From assembly GCA_045837725.1 (NCBI GenBank), contig JBEWZL010000239.1:496001-560000 (forward strand): a stretch of DNA of 64,000 nucleotides, read 5' to 3'. Origin of the DNA: Vermamoeba vermiformis (taxonomy: Eukaryota). Made by a program: the position numbers and the translations under genes. Shown one piece after another: positions 1-13,237 of the stretch (position 1 is the stretch's first letter; the number at the start of each line of letters is the position of its first letter). Below the pieces are notes generated by a model. The model was not told the origin of the DNA and did no database searches. It saw only the letters and a list, made by a program, of their open reading frames with translations.

Positions 1-142
1 GTGCTACAAGAACGATACTCCTCGCGAATACGTGATATATCGTGCTTGACTGCCGTTAGTGTGACGAAGCAACAAGTTACATTGCCGCACGTGTTGTTGT
101 AAATTGATAAAATTATGTACATTTACTTGACCTAGTAATACA

Positions 143-605
143 TTATTTCTTCTTCTTATTCTTCTGGGTGTTAGAAGAAGGTGTTGGTGATTGAGGCGTT
201 TGCTCGGTAGTAGTTTGAATAGGGAGCCAAGGTAAAGGGTTCTTTCTGAACATCGGCCAAGCGGGCACGCAGATCTGAACACGTCACCAAGTAAAATTAA
301 TCAACAGTGCCCCAAAATATTTTTAAAATTAAACATGGTATCTCACCAGTCCTGCCAACAATGTACCAGCACCAATAATCATAACGGTGACTTGGAAGCT
401 CTTCAATACAAATCCAACGATGAAGCCAATGACCTTAGCAGAATATAAGCAACGATCTTCAATCAATAATAATATTGTAAATTATTACCCCAAAGACGGT
501 CACAATGATGTGAAAATACTTCTCAGCGAGCTTTTGTCCTTCAAAATCCTAGATGGAGTTAGATTTTTTCGATCATTTCCATACTTCGATATCTCGACTT
601 ACCAT
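143..605 (-). CDS. SPCS1: Signal peptidase complex subunit 1 (SPC12), 4 exons
   Basis: Manual splicing (ATG at 605 followed directly by a GTAAGT intron) gives MDFEGQKLAEKYFHIIVTVFG-VIGFIVGFVLKSFQVTVMIIGAGTLLAGL-ICVPAWPMFRKNPLPWLP...KKKK*, matching the SPC12 pattern MDxxGQKLAE...PxWPxYRRxPLxW. Confidence 0.9.
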
Positions 606-809
606 GGTATCCAAGACACGAACAAACAGTACTGCCTAAGCCCGGGTAACGCACAGATAATGTTTTTCGCTTCTCCGCAAAAATCCTTCGGAAAATAATC
701 AGGCCAAATTTCCGTAATTTTTTTTAACCCTTAGTTTTGTCGCTTTCCTTTCTCTCGTTCTCTTTGTTTCCATCACCAAACAAGTACTATATAACAAAAG
801 CGTGCCAAA

Positions 810-1684
810 ATGGGTCGTATGCACACTCCTGGGTATGTATTGGTTAGCTCTATGTTAGCCGACCATATCCCATAAAAATCAGCCAATCGAGTTTGATTGC
901 TGATTCCCTCATCTATTATATTTTTTATTGCAACCGTACGGTAAAATTTAAATCAAATCAAATTATTAGATTGCATTTCGACTATTAACAAATAATTTGT
1001 AATAGATATAATTGACTCAAGATTCGAAAAATATTATTGAACAATAATTTTTCTTTTACGACGTCGTTCGATTGCTTACATGTTTTATATCACAGTAAGG
1101 GTATCTCCCAAAGTGCCCTCCCCTACAAGCGAACTCCCCCCAGCTGGTTGAAGATCACCCCTGAGGAGGTTAACGAGCACGTTTGCAAGTTGGCCAAGAA
1201 GGGTTTGACTCCTTCTCAAATTGGTGTTATCTTGAGAGATTCCCACGGTATTGGTCAAGTCAAATACGTCACTGGCTCCAAGATTATGCGTATTTTGAAG
1301 GCCAACAGTAAGTGTTGATCGAATCCTCAAAATTATTATTTTAGAAAATTATTTGTATTATTTTAAATTAATTATCGCGGTGCTAATACGATACCGTAGG
1401 CCTTGCCCCTGAGATCCCCGAAGATCTCTACTGCTTGATCAAGAAGGCCGTCTCTGTCCGAAAGCACTTGGAGAAGTTCCGCAAGGACTCCGATGCCAAG
1501 TTCAGACTCATTTTGATCGAGTCCAGAATCCACCGTCTTGCCAGATACTACAAGAAGGTCAAGGCTCTTCCTCCCACCTGGAAATAGTAAGTTGCTTGAT
1601 CGCGATCCAGATCGTCAAGACATAATGTCTAACTCTTATTTTCTCTTCAGCGAATCTTCCACTGCTTCAACCCTCGTTGCTTAA
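810..1684 (+). CDS. RPS13: 40S ribosomal protein S13 (uS15), 4 exons
   Basis: [27 protein letters not shown]...[52 protein letters not shown]...[10 protein letters not shown]. Confidence 0.98.
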
Positions 1685-1906
1685 AAAAGATGTTGAAACA
1701 AAAAAAACAATTATAAATAAAAAAGGCTACGCTTTTGTCCATGTACATCTACATCCGTTCTGTGTCATGACTCGTTATTTTATATGCAACTTAACGTACT
1801 ACCCACACTACTGTGTTACATTGCCATAGTAGTGATATGATTAGCCAAAACGTTCTGGCTTGCGTTCGACTAACAAATTTTTATTCAAGTGTTATCCGGA
1901 TCTAAA

Positions 1907-2647
1907 TTACAACAAGGCAGCAATGACAGCCGATACAATTACAGCAATACCACTAACAACTGCGTTCGCCGATGAAGCAATGGGTGTTTTGCCGCCGGCG
2001 GAAGGAGCGCCAACTTGGATGGCGACGTCACTGCATCCGTAGTATGGAGTGGCTTCATTGGACTTCCACAACCATTGAAAGACGCACTGTATATGCAAAG
2101 GTCAGTATTGTACCTTTCAACTGCAACAAACGAGATATCCGAGGCAGATCTGACATTTCATGTCATTACTTACAGCGCTGCAGGAGATTGTAGGTACAGT
2201 GAATGTGGTTGATTTAGCACCAGTGCCGGTGACATCAACAGGCTAATAATAAAGCGCAATTAGCACAAATGTGAACGGAAATTTCACCCTCAACTCGTAA
2301 CTTACACCAAACAGTCTTGTTTTGTTGAAATTAGCTTGAGTCTCGGTCACACCTTGTCCAATCTAATATTGTAATGCCATTAGTACCCACTAATTTGCTA
2401 AAATCAAACAACGTACGAGGTATCCGTAAACATTGCCGCCATGATTTGCGTGGATGTTCCAAGTCACGGTAGCTTTGCCGCCAGTAGCCCACGTGACAGT
2501 CGCTGCTGTCTTTGCTCCGCCACCACACACTGCAGTACGAGCGTTGTCGTTGCTGCCTGAGCGAGGCTTAGGTGATGTCAACAGTCCATGGGCATCGATG
2601 TAGACAGCCGCGCAGAGGATAACCAAGATGAAATAAGCCACGCGCAT
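1907..2647 (-). CDS. Secreted, probably GPI-anchored His-brace (LPMO-like) copper-binding protein, copy 1 (4 exons)
   Basis: Signal peptide ending IDA followed by HGLLTSPKPR...CGG...WNIHANHGG...CSACVFQWLW...PYYGCSDVAI, then a small-residue site (SSA) and a hydrophobic C-terminal tail. Confidence 0.75.
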
Positions 2648-3127
2648 TTGATGAATAATAGAGTGTTATATGTGGTGTTGATATGCAGTGATGAAATGTA
2701 AATTGGTTGCAGTGACAATTATGACATCAAGAGTTGTGTACTGACAGACCAGACCTCCGGAGTGTAAATCTACGTGTTGAAGATAGCCGTCAATTGTCAG
2801 AATAATAATCGACCGTGATTGGCCATATTAAAGTGCAACGAGTCTGTCAGTTGATTCGGGTCAAATCTTCCACGACACTGCAAAACTCCATAATATCCGT
2901 GTAGCAATGTAACAGAATTGAAAGCAATTCCAAATTTAATTCGATAAATTAACACTTCTGCTGTCATGCTTTGATCGATCTGCTTCATATTGGTTTGGTT
3001 TGGTTCACCTGCTTGAAATAGCGAGAGCTCGACATTGGAAATTTCATCTGAGCCCTTGGCTCTGAGGCTGGATTTGATTAGAAAATATTAAGGCGGTTCA
3101 TATAAAAGACTGTTTGCACCATTGTTC

Positions 3128-5869
3128 TTAATCATCAACGTTCAGGTCTATGAGATCCATCGTGCGTGGATTCAACTCACGCCACGTGTGAATGATAAGT
3201 CTAAAAGAAATATCCATTAGATTAAATGGCATATAGAAATATTACTATGAACTTACCGATCCAATAATAAGAGTTGCCAGTCCGAGACAGATCCGGAAAC
3301 ATGACTAGTTATTTGTGGCTCGGGAGTGCTGCGAAAATAGTTAATTATGACCAATATTGACCAAATAGATACTTACGCGTGGAATTGCAGATCTATATTA
3401 TGCAGTAAAGTCGTGTAAGCGTTCGAATGTGGATCTGATTCGATTTTTCTAAATTCCAGCCACTCTCTGCAAGCGTCCTTCTTGCGCTCCAAGCGGTATA
3501 ATAAAGCAACTTGATTATATTTCGCTTCGACGTTATCTGTTGAAAGGTCAGATCTGGCGCTGAAATTGAACTTTGAATTAAAAGTTACCTGGTGCCATGA
3601 GTGAGGCCTTAGAAAACATCTTTAGGGCTTCCTCGTATCTTTGAAGACACTGTAGAATGATTCCTTTGTTAATGTAGACGTCGATCTGTATGAGTGTGTT
3701 AGATCTGAGTTATTATACATACGGTCTTTTCTCTGTCAAAGTTACTGTACCTTGAGAGATCTGCGCTTATCAGCATCGAAGAGAGCAGCATTGGAACCAT
3801 TTTGTTCAATACGATGCCCTCCGACCTCAAACCAATTATCCACGCGTTGTCTCTTTGTTGCTCGTTCTTCAACTTCTGCATCCACATCCGCCATTACACC
3901 GTGGTCGTGACGCGCAGAAATGGCGTTTAGGATGTCCAATACACTATCGAGACATTGAAGTGCTTCCGCAGGCCTCTCTTGGTTCAATAAAGCATCAGCT
4001 TTGTACATTAATATAGCTACATCGTGGCGCTCGATCTGCAGCACGTAATTGCACACTTTCAAGGCCTCGCGTATCTGATTCGTTTGTAATAATACGTAGA
4101 TATAGTCTCGGAATATTATAATACTCGATTCTGTTAGTCGTTGTTCCTAAATGAAAGTCAAGTTAGCCAAATTTAACTAGCCAGCTGCGTACTCCACCGG
4201 TCTTGATTAAATTGCTAATGAGCTGTTTGAAGGATAGATTGGCATCCGAACATTTGTCTTGAGCTACAAGCGACAAGCATATCTTGTAACGAATAGTTTC
4301 AGCGCTGAGCAGCTTCTTCAAAGATTGTTGTTCTTTATATAGCACTATACTGCTATTGTTCGTACTGTCTTCATTACTATTGGATTCTATTGCCTATATG
4401 CATTATATTTAATCATTCTATTCAAATTTCGAATTATCCTGAGATCCGCTTCGCTTACCTTCAATAAGAACTCCAGCATTCGATGCTCGGCATCTTTCTT
4501 ATTCAAAATAGCGTATATTACGGAGACATAGTACATCGCCAAGTAGTTATTCGCGTCTATCTTAATCGCCTCTTTAAATCTTTCAATAGCAGTCCAATAT
4601 TTTTTCTATGAACAGGCAATGGGGCTTAATATTCAATTCAATCATTAAATCCAAGTCAATTACCTGTAAAGCCAATATACATCCACAAAATACCAAGCAG
4701 TCAGCTGTTCGATGTTTGGATCTGTCGCGCAAACAAGCCTCAAAGCACGTGTTGCTAATTTCATATTCGCCGCGAGTAAAATGAATAACCCCTAATAAGA
4801 TGTTAATACTAGTATAGTAATACTGCTATGAATACCTTTTAAGAAGTACGCAGGCCAATAATGCTTGTCGAGCTTCAATAGCAGATCCAACGAAGCAGTT
4901 GCATTGGCGTAATCTTTTTTCTTATAGTTGATCAATCCTTCAAAGTAGATCAACACCATGGCACCTTCAATGACACTGCGGCTCTTTTCCTTCTTTTTAG
5001 TCTTCTTCTGCGTGACACTGTTCGCGTCAAATAAGCTCGAATTCAGCTCGTGTGCACGTGTTTCGGGATTAAATACAAATACACCTTGTGAGAGTTGCTT
5101 CAAAAATGTATCGTGAGCAGTGTCTACTTGTGTGCTATTATCGACTGCGTGATCTATAAGTCTGCGCACATGTTTTTGTTGAGAGATAAAGCTGATCAGT
5201 TTCAAGCATGACGAGTGGTCATTTTGCAAGATCCAAGCACACACGAGCACGTGCATTAGTTTCAATACGATAATGAGGTATCTACTTTCGGCTTCGATAT
5301 TCTCTTGTGTAAATACTAAGCTAATCAGCTGATTGTACACAGCTAGTGGATCTAATCCGTCTGCGCCGTGCAAGTCCACTAACATTTGTTCATAATCTCC
5401 ATCATCTTCGATATGATTCGCCAATGATTGGAGTTTTTTGAATAGGAATGCTCTTTTGAGCGCTGTATCAATTGCAGGAATGCTTTGAGCAGGCTGGTAA
5501 TTGAGTTGGATCAAACCGAGTGCGTGTCCAAGTACTAATTGCAACTCTACTGTCTCATTACTAACATCTTCTTCTATACGGAAGTTAATATACCACTCGT
5601 AATTCTTGGAAATGTACCTTCAACCGTGCGCAACAGCGTCTCAACACGAGTTCCGAGAGATCGAGCGTCTCTTGGGCCACTACATTCCTTTAAAAAATTA
5701 TTAAAATATTTTCTAATGTATATTTATACATCTTGGTTCATATAGTTACCTTAAAACGTTGAAATATTTCATTAAGGGCTGGCGCGAATTTTTCTAAAAT
5801 TATTTGAAAAGATAATAAATTCAACTATACAACATCAACTGCGTATATTAAAAATCTACCTAGTGACAT
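3128..5869 (-). CDS. Multi-exon TPR-repeat protein
   Basis: Repeated TPR-like helices (e.g. YFEGLINYKKKDYANATASLDLLLKLD; YINKGIILQCLQRYEEALKMFSKA; MYKADALLNQERPAEALQCLD). Start MSLEKFAPALNEIF and end inferred from splice phases. Confidence 0.65.
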
Positions 5870-6367
5870 ATCAGCTTTTGACTTGTCAATCCGGAGCAGA
5901 TCTCTTTTGTTTTCTCGCCGCCTGACAGAGGAACCTATCGTACCTCTTAGATAAAACAACAACTTATAAGCTCTGTTAACGCTTTGAGAACGAAAATACG
6001 ACAACTCTGGTCACGCACAATCAAACTTTTGAGCGCGAAATATACCAAAGAAATTGACACTCAAAATTACAATTGGTGACGCAAATGTTTATATGGTTAC
6101 CTTGTACTCTTCCGCTTCGACCAGGATGGATCCGTGCAAAGCAGCAATATTTTTCTCCAAAATTCGCAATCTAAGTAGTCCATACATCAGTACGCGAGTT
6201 AGAAGTCGCAGGTACAATGAATGACTTACTCCTTTTGGTACTTGGCTATTGCTCTGATCAATCGCGAAAAAAATGGATCAGCTTGTAGCACTGAAATTCC
6301 ACTAAGAGCCAAAAAGTGGCGCAGCTTAAACCTTAAGGTGGTATACTAACAATATGTTTTATCTAAT

Positions 6368-7234
6368 CTACAACAAAACTGCAATCAAAGCAAGTGAGAG
6401 CAAACCAACGTGGACGAAGCTCGTATAAGCAGATGAGCAACGGACCAAACCACCAAAGCAAGTGCCTGATGAATAAAGGTTAAATTTCGATGTCAAGATA
6501 ACAACGGAGGTGCATCATATTATTACCACTTGGAGTTTGAACAATGTTGCTTCCACCAGTGATCTTGACGTCGCTGCATCCATAGTAAGGTGTGGTTTCA
6601 CCACTTTGCCAGAACCATTGAATAGTGCACTAGAAAGTACATCATATTAGTACACTATTTACGGTAGTCATACAAGTTGACCGGGTTAAACCCCAGAATA
6701 GCATCAAATCCGGAAATTTTTTGAGTTAATTATGCTTACTGAGTCGCAGCTAACATCAGGGACGGTAAAAGTAGCACTTTGATCACCATCTTGGGCAGCA
6801 ACGGGCTGTTAATAAAGAAATCGAGCGTAAGTTTTTTGAAACAGAATTACACTCGAAATAACAAAGCTTTACTTACGCCGAAAAGCTTGTTCTTGTTGAA
6901 GTTGGCTTGGGTTTCGGTCGAATTGTCCATGATCTAATATAATAAAGCGGGTTACAAATGATTCGGTTCGTAAAAAGATTTGGATTTAACCAAAATTGCA
7001 ACTTACGATATAACCGTAGATATTGCCACCGTGATTAGCTGCAATATTCCATTTAATAGTTTGTTGAGACTTTGCTTCCCAGGTAGCAGTCAAAGTGGTC
7101 TTGGCGATACCACCACAAGCAGCGGTATGCACAGCGGCATCCGCACCAGTGCGTGCAGCAGGGCTTGTCAAGTGGCCGTGGGCTGCAACATATACAACCA
7201 AAGCGATAAAGCAAATTGCAGTTAATGAGCGCAT
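6368..7234 (-). CDS. Secreted, probably GPI-anchored His-brace (LPMO-like) protein, copy 2 (5 exons)
   Basis: MRSLTAICFIALVVYVAA|HGHLTSPAAR...CGG...WNIAANHGGNIYGY...CDSCTIQWFW...PYYGCSDVKI plus a hydrophobic tail. First three introns lie at the same positions as in copy 1. Confidence 0.75.
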
Positions 7235-7820
7235 TGTGTTCTTGTTCACCGGGTAATAATAAATGGTAAATTAATTGCGAACCGTAGAATCTCCAAGACG
7301 AATGACACGAGGGTGACGTGAGACTTGTGCAAACCGTAAGGTACTATATAGCGTCGATTTAATATGATATTATGGATGCTCACCTGTAACAGATTCGGCC
7401 GAATAATTATTTAGTTGAAAACCACATAATTTCGAAGCTCAGCTATTTGCCTTGCAATAATTACCTTAATTAATATTATGCAATGGATCTTCATTCTTTT
7501 AATGCGAAACAAACAAAATTTGAAATGAAGCAAATCCACCTTTTTTTGTGCATGTTCTAGTGCACCCTTGCTAGAGCTCATAAGGCTATGAGTGAGCTCA
7601 AATATATGTCTTTCAGCTGGATTGTGCTCCTCAAAACTGATTTTTTTAGCTGAATAGTTCGGCGCGCTTTTAGTTACCGTTACAAACAAAAAAAATTTGA
7701 ATTTGATCCAAACAAACTACAATCTAAACACTCGTACACACCTCATTAATGTAAATATTGTTTATACTACTTATTATATCACTGTAATTACTGTAAAAAC
7801 GAAAGCAACGCAGCACTGAA

Positions 7821-10800
7821 ATGGATTCCGAAGCAATTTATATCGGTGTTGTTGGCAGCTCATCTGTCGACAAGAAATCACTTATTATAATGGTACGTAC
7901 ATAACAATGAATTATACATGCTATAAAGTCGATTAGTATCATATAAGTCCTCATATAAAGACAAAAATATTGATCGGCAGAATTTTTAATTTATTCTTTG
8001 TTATAGTTCTACAATTCGATCTGTCAAATTAAACACTTAAAGAGCAAGAACGATATGACTATTATCGATTATACGAAGAAAGTGGAAGTAAAGAACACTG
8101 AGATCGACTTCCATTTGCTTGAAATAGACGAAGGATTAGTCTCCCATTTGGATCAGCATGGTAAGTTTAAAGTGTTATGAATATAGCCGTTATGCCAAAG
8201 TCGAAAATCCGAAAATCTGTTTGATTCTGTTGATCCGCTGTAGATCTCATTTTGTTTCATTTTAGAGGTCTGGAGTGAGCTCGAGGCTTTTCTTTTCGTG
8301 TTCTCTGATCAGAAGTCACTTGACGAAGTTCTTAAGATGCGCGACATTATTGTCAAGAAACGTCAAGCCTCTTACACACCCGTCATTGGCTTAGCACATC
8401 TGGCTCGTGCATCCATCGGCCACAACAGTCCGACACCACGCAAACGACGCAGCAAGAACAAACCTGCCATTGGAACATGGAGCGTCGCTCAGGGCGATGA
8501 TTTTGCCGCGGCTTTGCGAGGCTCAGATTGCGCAGGTGAATGGGGCTGTCCGTTCTGGTTGCTCGGTCCCGGTGGGGCTGGCAACACTGGCCCTGATGAC
8601 CCTCGACCATTAGTCGCAGATCTATTCACCACACTCTCATCAGAAGTCCAGGCTCGTGAGGCCAAGAGACTTCAACGAGTAGTGACGCGTAGATCTATTG
8701 ACACTTCAGATGACGAACTGTTACTGCACTCGGATGATCCTCCAGCACCTGTCTCACAGACACTTGTCACTCTTCGTACACATAAGCGACTCAACTCCGC
8801 TCCTAACTCGCCGAAGAAGCTTTCCAATGCTGGTCCTGGCAGTCAGAACAGACGTCGCAGTCGCAGCACAACACAACTGAATATTGCACCCGAAGAACTC
8901 TATACAACTCGCTCTTCTGAATCACTGTTGCGCATGTTGAACGAGTGCGTGGACTACTCTGAGAACTGTGCAGCTCGCTCAATATCAGACTCCGATGACA
9001 CCGTGTCGTGCGAGGCTAACATTCGCAGCTCAGCACCACACGTCATCCGTGACCTGACCTCACCTCCAGTTCACCTCAGCGCCGACGACAAGCGCAGCAG
9101 ACACATGAGCTTGCGCATTGAGCCGAGCCCTGGAACATCTGCCAGGCCTAAGAAGCCTTTGCCACCCATTCCCAGCAGACCATCGATCAGCCCGATGTCC
9201 CTGCCCACCACACCGAACACTTCACAGAGTCAGCTTAATGTGCCCTCACATGGCAGTGTACCGAGCTCTCCTAAAGCTTTATCACCATCTCTATCCAAGC
9301 GCGAAGAGCCGTCAATGGAAGAGAACAGTGCCAGCGGCAAGAAGGTAAAGGCTTAATTATAATTGTAGTCCTAGTTGTCAGTATTAACGACGTACATCAG
9401 TCACCCGAAAAGAAGAAGAGCTCTGCGAGCAAGTTCTTCCGTAGTTTGAAAGAATCACCGTCCAAAGAGGCAGTACGTGAACATATTTAACATTTAGTTG
9501 TGCACGATATTAACCTGGTTGTGTAGTTCTTGAAGGTCGCCAAGAAGCTCAGTTTCGATACACTTCGCAAGAAGAAGGCTAAGGGCGAGGAGTCTAGCAG
9601 CAGTAGCAGCAAGGACAAGGAGTCCAAGAGCCCTCGTATTTCACCGCGCGACAGATCTGACTCCATCAGCGACTTGTCTGACGAGTCATTGAGCATCTCT
9701 TCCAACACTTCATCGTCTTCTGAGCGCATGAAGAATCGCAAAGGCAATCTCGTGTACAGCCCGCGAGCTACGTACGAGATTATGAGCAAGTTGAGCGCTA
9801 AGGGAGGCCAAGGCGCTACTTACTTGGTGCGTAAGGTAGATGATTTGACTACTGCTTCATCGACCGATGATTCTACGGATATTGAGAAGAGTTCGGAAAG
9901 CAAATCCGCTCCACTTTTGGTTTTGAAGAAGATCTGCTTTATGTACAACCCTCGTCAAGCGCTGTTGGCCGAACAAGAGGCTCGCTTCTTACTGTCATGC
10001 TCGCACGAGAATATTGTCAAGGCTTATGATGCTTGGACCGAGACTACGAGCACTGTGGATGGAAAACTCACTAAGGTCAATATTGTTATGGAGTTTTGTG
10101 ACGGAGGTGATCTTTCCAAGCGCAAACAAGTTAGGGAGGCTGTAAGTATAATCGATTGGATGCTTGGTTGTCGTACATTTGGTCCTTACAAAATATTTCT
10201 AAATTAGGAAATGAAGAGGCTGATGTATGAAGTCGTTAGCGGATTGAGATTTTTGCACGAAGAGAAGCGCAAAGTACATAGAGATAGTAAGTACACAATT
10301 TTGCAACGTTCTGGTGAATAAACTAACCACATCCGCAGTCAAAACCGACAACATCTTCATGACTAAATCTGGCACGTTCAAACTCGGCGATTTTGGTGTG
10401 ATGGCCAATCTCATTGGCTCACCGCATGTGACTCGAGTTGGTACTGAAGGTTACAAAGCTCCTGAAGTGCACGCTGGGTAAGCTAACAAGGATCCAGTTG
10501 AATTGCAGGATCTAATATTTAATGGCAGAGGATATAATGAAAAGGTGGATATTTGGTCACTCGGTATTGTCTTGGCCCAGCTCGCATCGACTGAAGACAT
10601 TTTCGTAAGTAGTCTTGCTCGCGTACTGGCCAAGATCTGCTTTACTAATATTCATTTTTCATTAGTATATCTACGGAGATATTGGTTTGAAGCTTTTAAT
10701 CAACAAGGTCACGAAGGAAGAAGTACTGGAGTACATTCCAAGAGTAAGTTACAACTCGTCTACGTCCGGTCTGCAGTTTCTCTAATGACTTTTTATCAAT

Positions 10801-10949
10801 AGAGCGATTATGATCCCAAGTTTATCGAGCTCGTTAGTGCCATGCTTGACGTTAAACCGGAATCAAGACCAAGCTGTGCGCAGATCTTGAAGCACCCGTA
10901 CTTGTCGAGCATCAGAAGGAGTTCAAAGCAGAACTTGCATGTAAAATAG
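7821..10949 (+). CDS. Ser/Thr protein kinase (NEK-like) with an N-terminal degenerate Ras-like domain and a long Ser/Pro-rich linker
   Basis: Kinase motifs KGGQGATY, LVLKKI, IVMEFCDGGDL, HRDIKTDN (across an intron), DFG, GTEGYKAPE, DIWSLG. N-terminal exons give IGVVGSSSVDKKSL...TIIDYTKKVEV...AFLFVFSDQKSLDEV. Confidence 0.85.
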
Positions 10950-11036
10950 TCTTATTTATATTTATTTTGTTAGCGTTGGAGTATTTAAGAGACTCCAACT
11001 CATTGCGGTATTAAAAACAATTTTTTTGAACCAAAC

Positions 11037-13065
11037 TTAACATCGAATCGACTGATCAATTAATATGACATTGACAACGCTATTAGCGGGTACAGGTACT
11101 GTAAAACTAACGGCAGTGTCGGACTCTCGTGTGAGAGGCAGCGATTGAGGCACTAGCTCTGAGGCTTGTTTGAGCTGGTCGACTTGTTTGGGCCGCAAGT
11201 ACGTAGGTTTGCCCATTGATACCCACAATGGATAAGCATTGGCGTGAGTATCGTCGATCAAGTACATCACTGCTTGTGTGCTACTACTAACTCCTATAAA
11301 AGTTACGTATATTAGTGTGGGTGTTGTATCAGTTGACTGATTGCAACATAAAGGTTGTCAAATATGTGACGTGCCTTCAACGTAGACTTGAGCGACTTGA
11401 TCAGTAGGAGGCTTCTTTTTGATGTTCCAATTCGTAAAGAATATCGACGTATTGTTGCCAGTCACTGCAAATGCGCTCAAAGTGTCGTAAGCTAAGAAAT
11501 CAGGATTGACTTGCACGAGGGTGTCACCAGCCCAGTGCATCAGTTGGAAGGCTCTGTAACTTGGCTTGGGAATGCCGTACACATTTTGAAGTCCGGCTAC
11601 CGGCAGGAAACCATTGGCAAATGGATCTGGGTACAGACCTGACAAAACAATCGAATCAAAATAAGAATGCATTATATAAGAAGGATGAATCTCGTACCTT
11701 GTTCTTCAAACAGGTCGTTAAAAGGCCACCAAGACAGCGCATCCACAACGTTGTTTCCGCGAAAGGCTTGGAAGACAGCAAAAGCAGCAGCGTAGCTAGT
11801 ATCGTCATTGTAGCCGTCATCATATTCAGTATAATACAACGGAGTTTTAGGGCCTACAGTCTGACGAGTCTTGCGCAACACATCGCCGAAGAAACTTCTT
11901 GTTTCAGGACCTGGCGGATCTGTTGGGTACTCGTGCGTTGAAACAAAGTCGTATGAGACGTTATTTGTTCTACAGTATTCCAAGAACTCAGGGATCCACG
12001 CAGACATGGCTAAGTAACAAAATAAGGGGTCTGAAGGACAAGTTTTAAATCGCGTGCGTGGATCGTACCTGTTACTGGGCCTCCAATACGTATTCTTGGG
12101 TCTACAGATTTAGCAGCGCGAGAGGTTACTTCAAAGAGCTTAAAGTAATCGGTCTGGCCCAGAGTTAGTTGCATTTGGATTCCAATCCAAAAGTCGTTAC
12201 AAAAAAAGAGATTACTTTACCTGACTTCCAGTCCAAAAGTCATGCGGACAGCAATTAGGTTCATTCCATACTTCAAAGTTCCATGTCAGAATTTCTTCTA
12301 GGCCGTAGCGATCAATCAAATGTTGCATGAACGCGACAATCAGATCTGTCCAATCACTCCATTTCTTGGGTGGAGTAACATTGGCTCGATAGTGGCTCCA
12401 TGTTTGGGTGCCTGATGCCATTAAACTCGGCATAAAACCGATTTCAACGAACGGGCGCATCCCGATCCGCAGCAGAAAATCAAAAATACGATCGATATTG
12501 AAGAACGAGAACAAATATCCGTCATTTCCTATAGTATGTATTATATTAATGACATTTCAGCCATTATTTACGCTTACCATTCTCGGCGGGCAATACGACG
12601 GACATGTCATCCACAAATAGGCCATGAAATCTTACTTGTTTGAATCCAATGTCTTTGTGCGTTTGTAGCATTTGTTCCTGCCAATCAGCGCGCAGGGCTA
12701 GAGCTGCGTGACCACTGCCAACACACTCTTCAAAATAATGCGTCCAAGATCCAGTCACATTGTTAGCGTTGATCGTAAATTTTTTTGTTGACTGAGAATA
12801 GGTGCAATTGAATATCGTGAACAACAACAGAACATTGGTGAGTATATAGAGTCCTACAGAAATTAAAAAATTAAATAAATCACCGAAGATCTGTCTCAAA
12901 ATGACACTTCAACACAACTAATCAAATCTCTGATGTCATAATTTTATAAATGCGATTACCACATCCAAAAGAAAGCTAATTCTTAAATTTGTTTTAAGCA
13001 CGTCTTTCTGTTTTCGCTCTAGACTTATTATTAGGGGGTGTTACAGCTAAATACTTACCTTTCAT
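11037..13065 (-). CDS. Secreted glycoside hydrolase family 39 (beta-xylosidase/alpha-L-iduronidase-like)
   Basis: Signal peptide MKGLYILTNVLLLF...; VRFHGLF; WNFEVWNEPN (acid/base Glu); DFVSTHEY; LYYTEY (nucleophile Glu); GIPKPSYRAF. Confidence 0.88.
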
Positions 13066-13237
13066 AGTGCACGTTAATTCCAATGCCTAGGCAAAGCAAA
13101 AGATCTCTGGAGCCAAGTTTGTTATTGAATTCGCATTGACGGACGTGAAAGAATATCTTTTATTTAAACTCCGAAGCAATTTGCAGCCGAGAGCATATAA
13201 ACGACTTTTATTTCAACACTAAAGCAGCATGGCCGTA

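Noticed and set aside
2688-2745. GTGATGA...CTGA resembling a C/D snoRNA
   Set aside because: No terminal stem or convincing rRNA guide; it lies just upstream of the LPMO-like gene on the opposite strand.
1907-13065. LPMO-like pair plus GH39 as a carbohydrate-degradation cluster
   Set aside because: They are separated by unrelated TPR and kinase genes, so proximity alone is not evidence.
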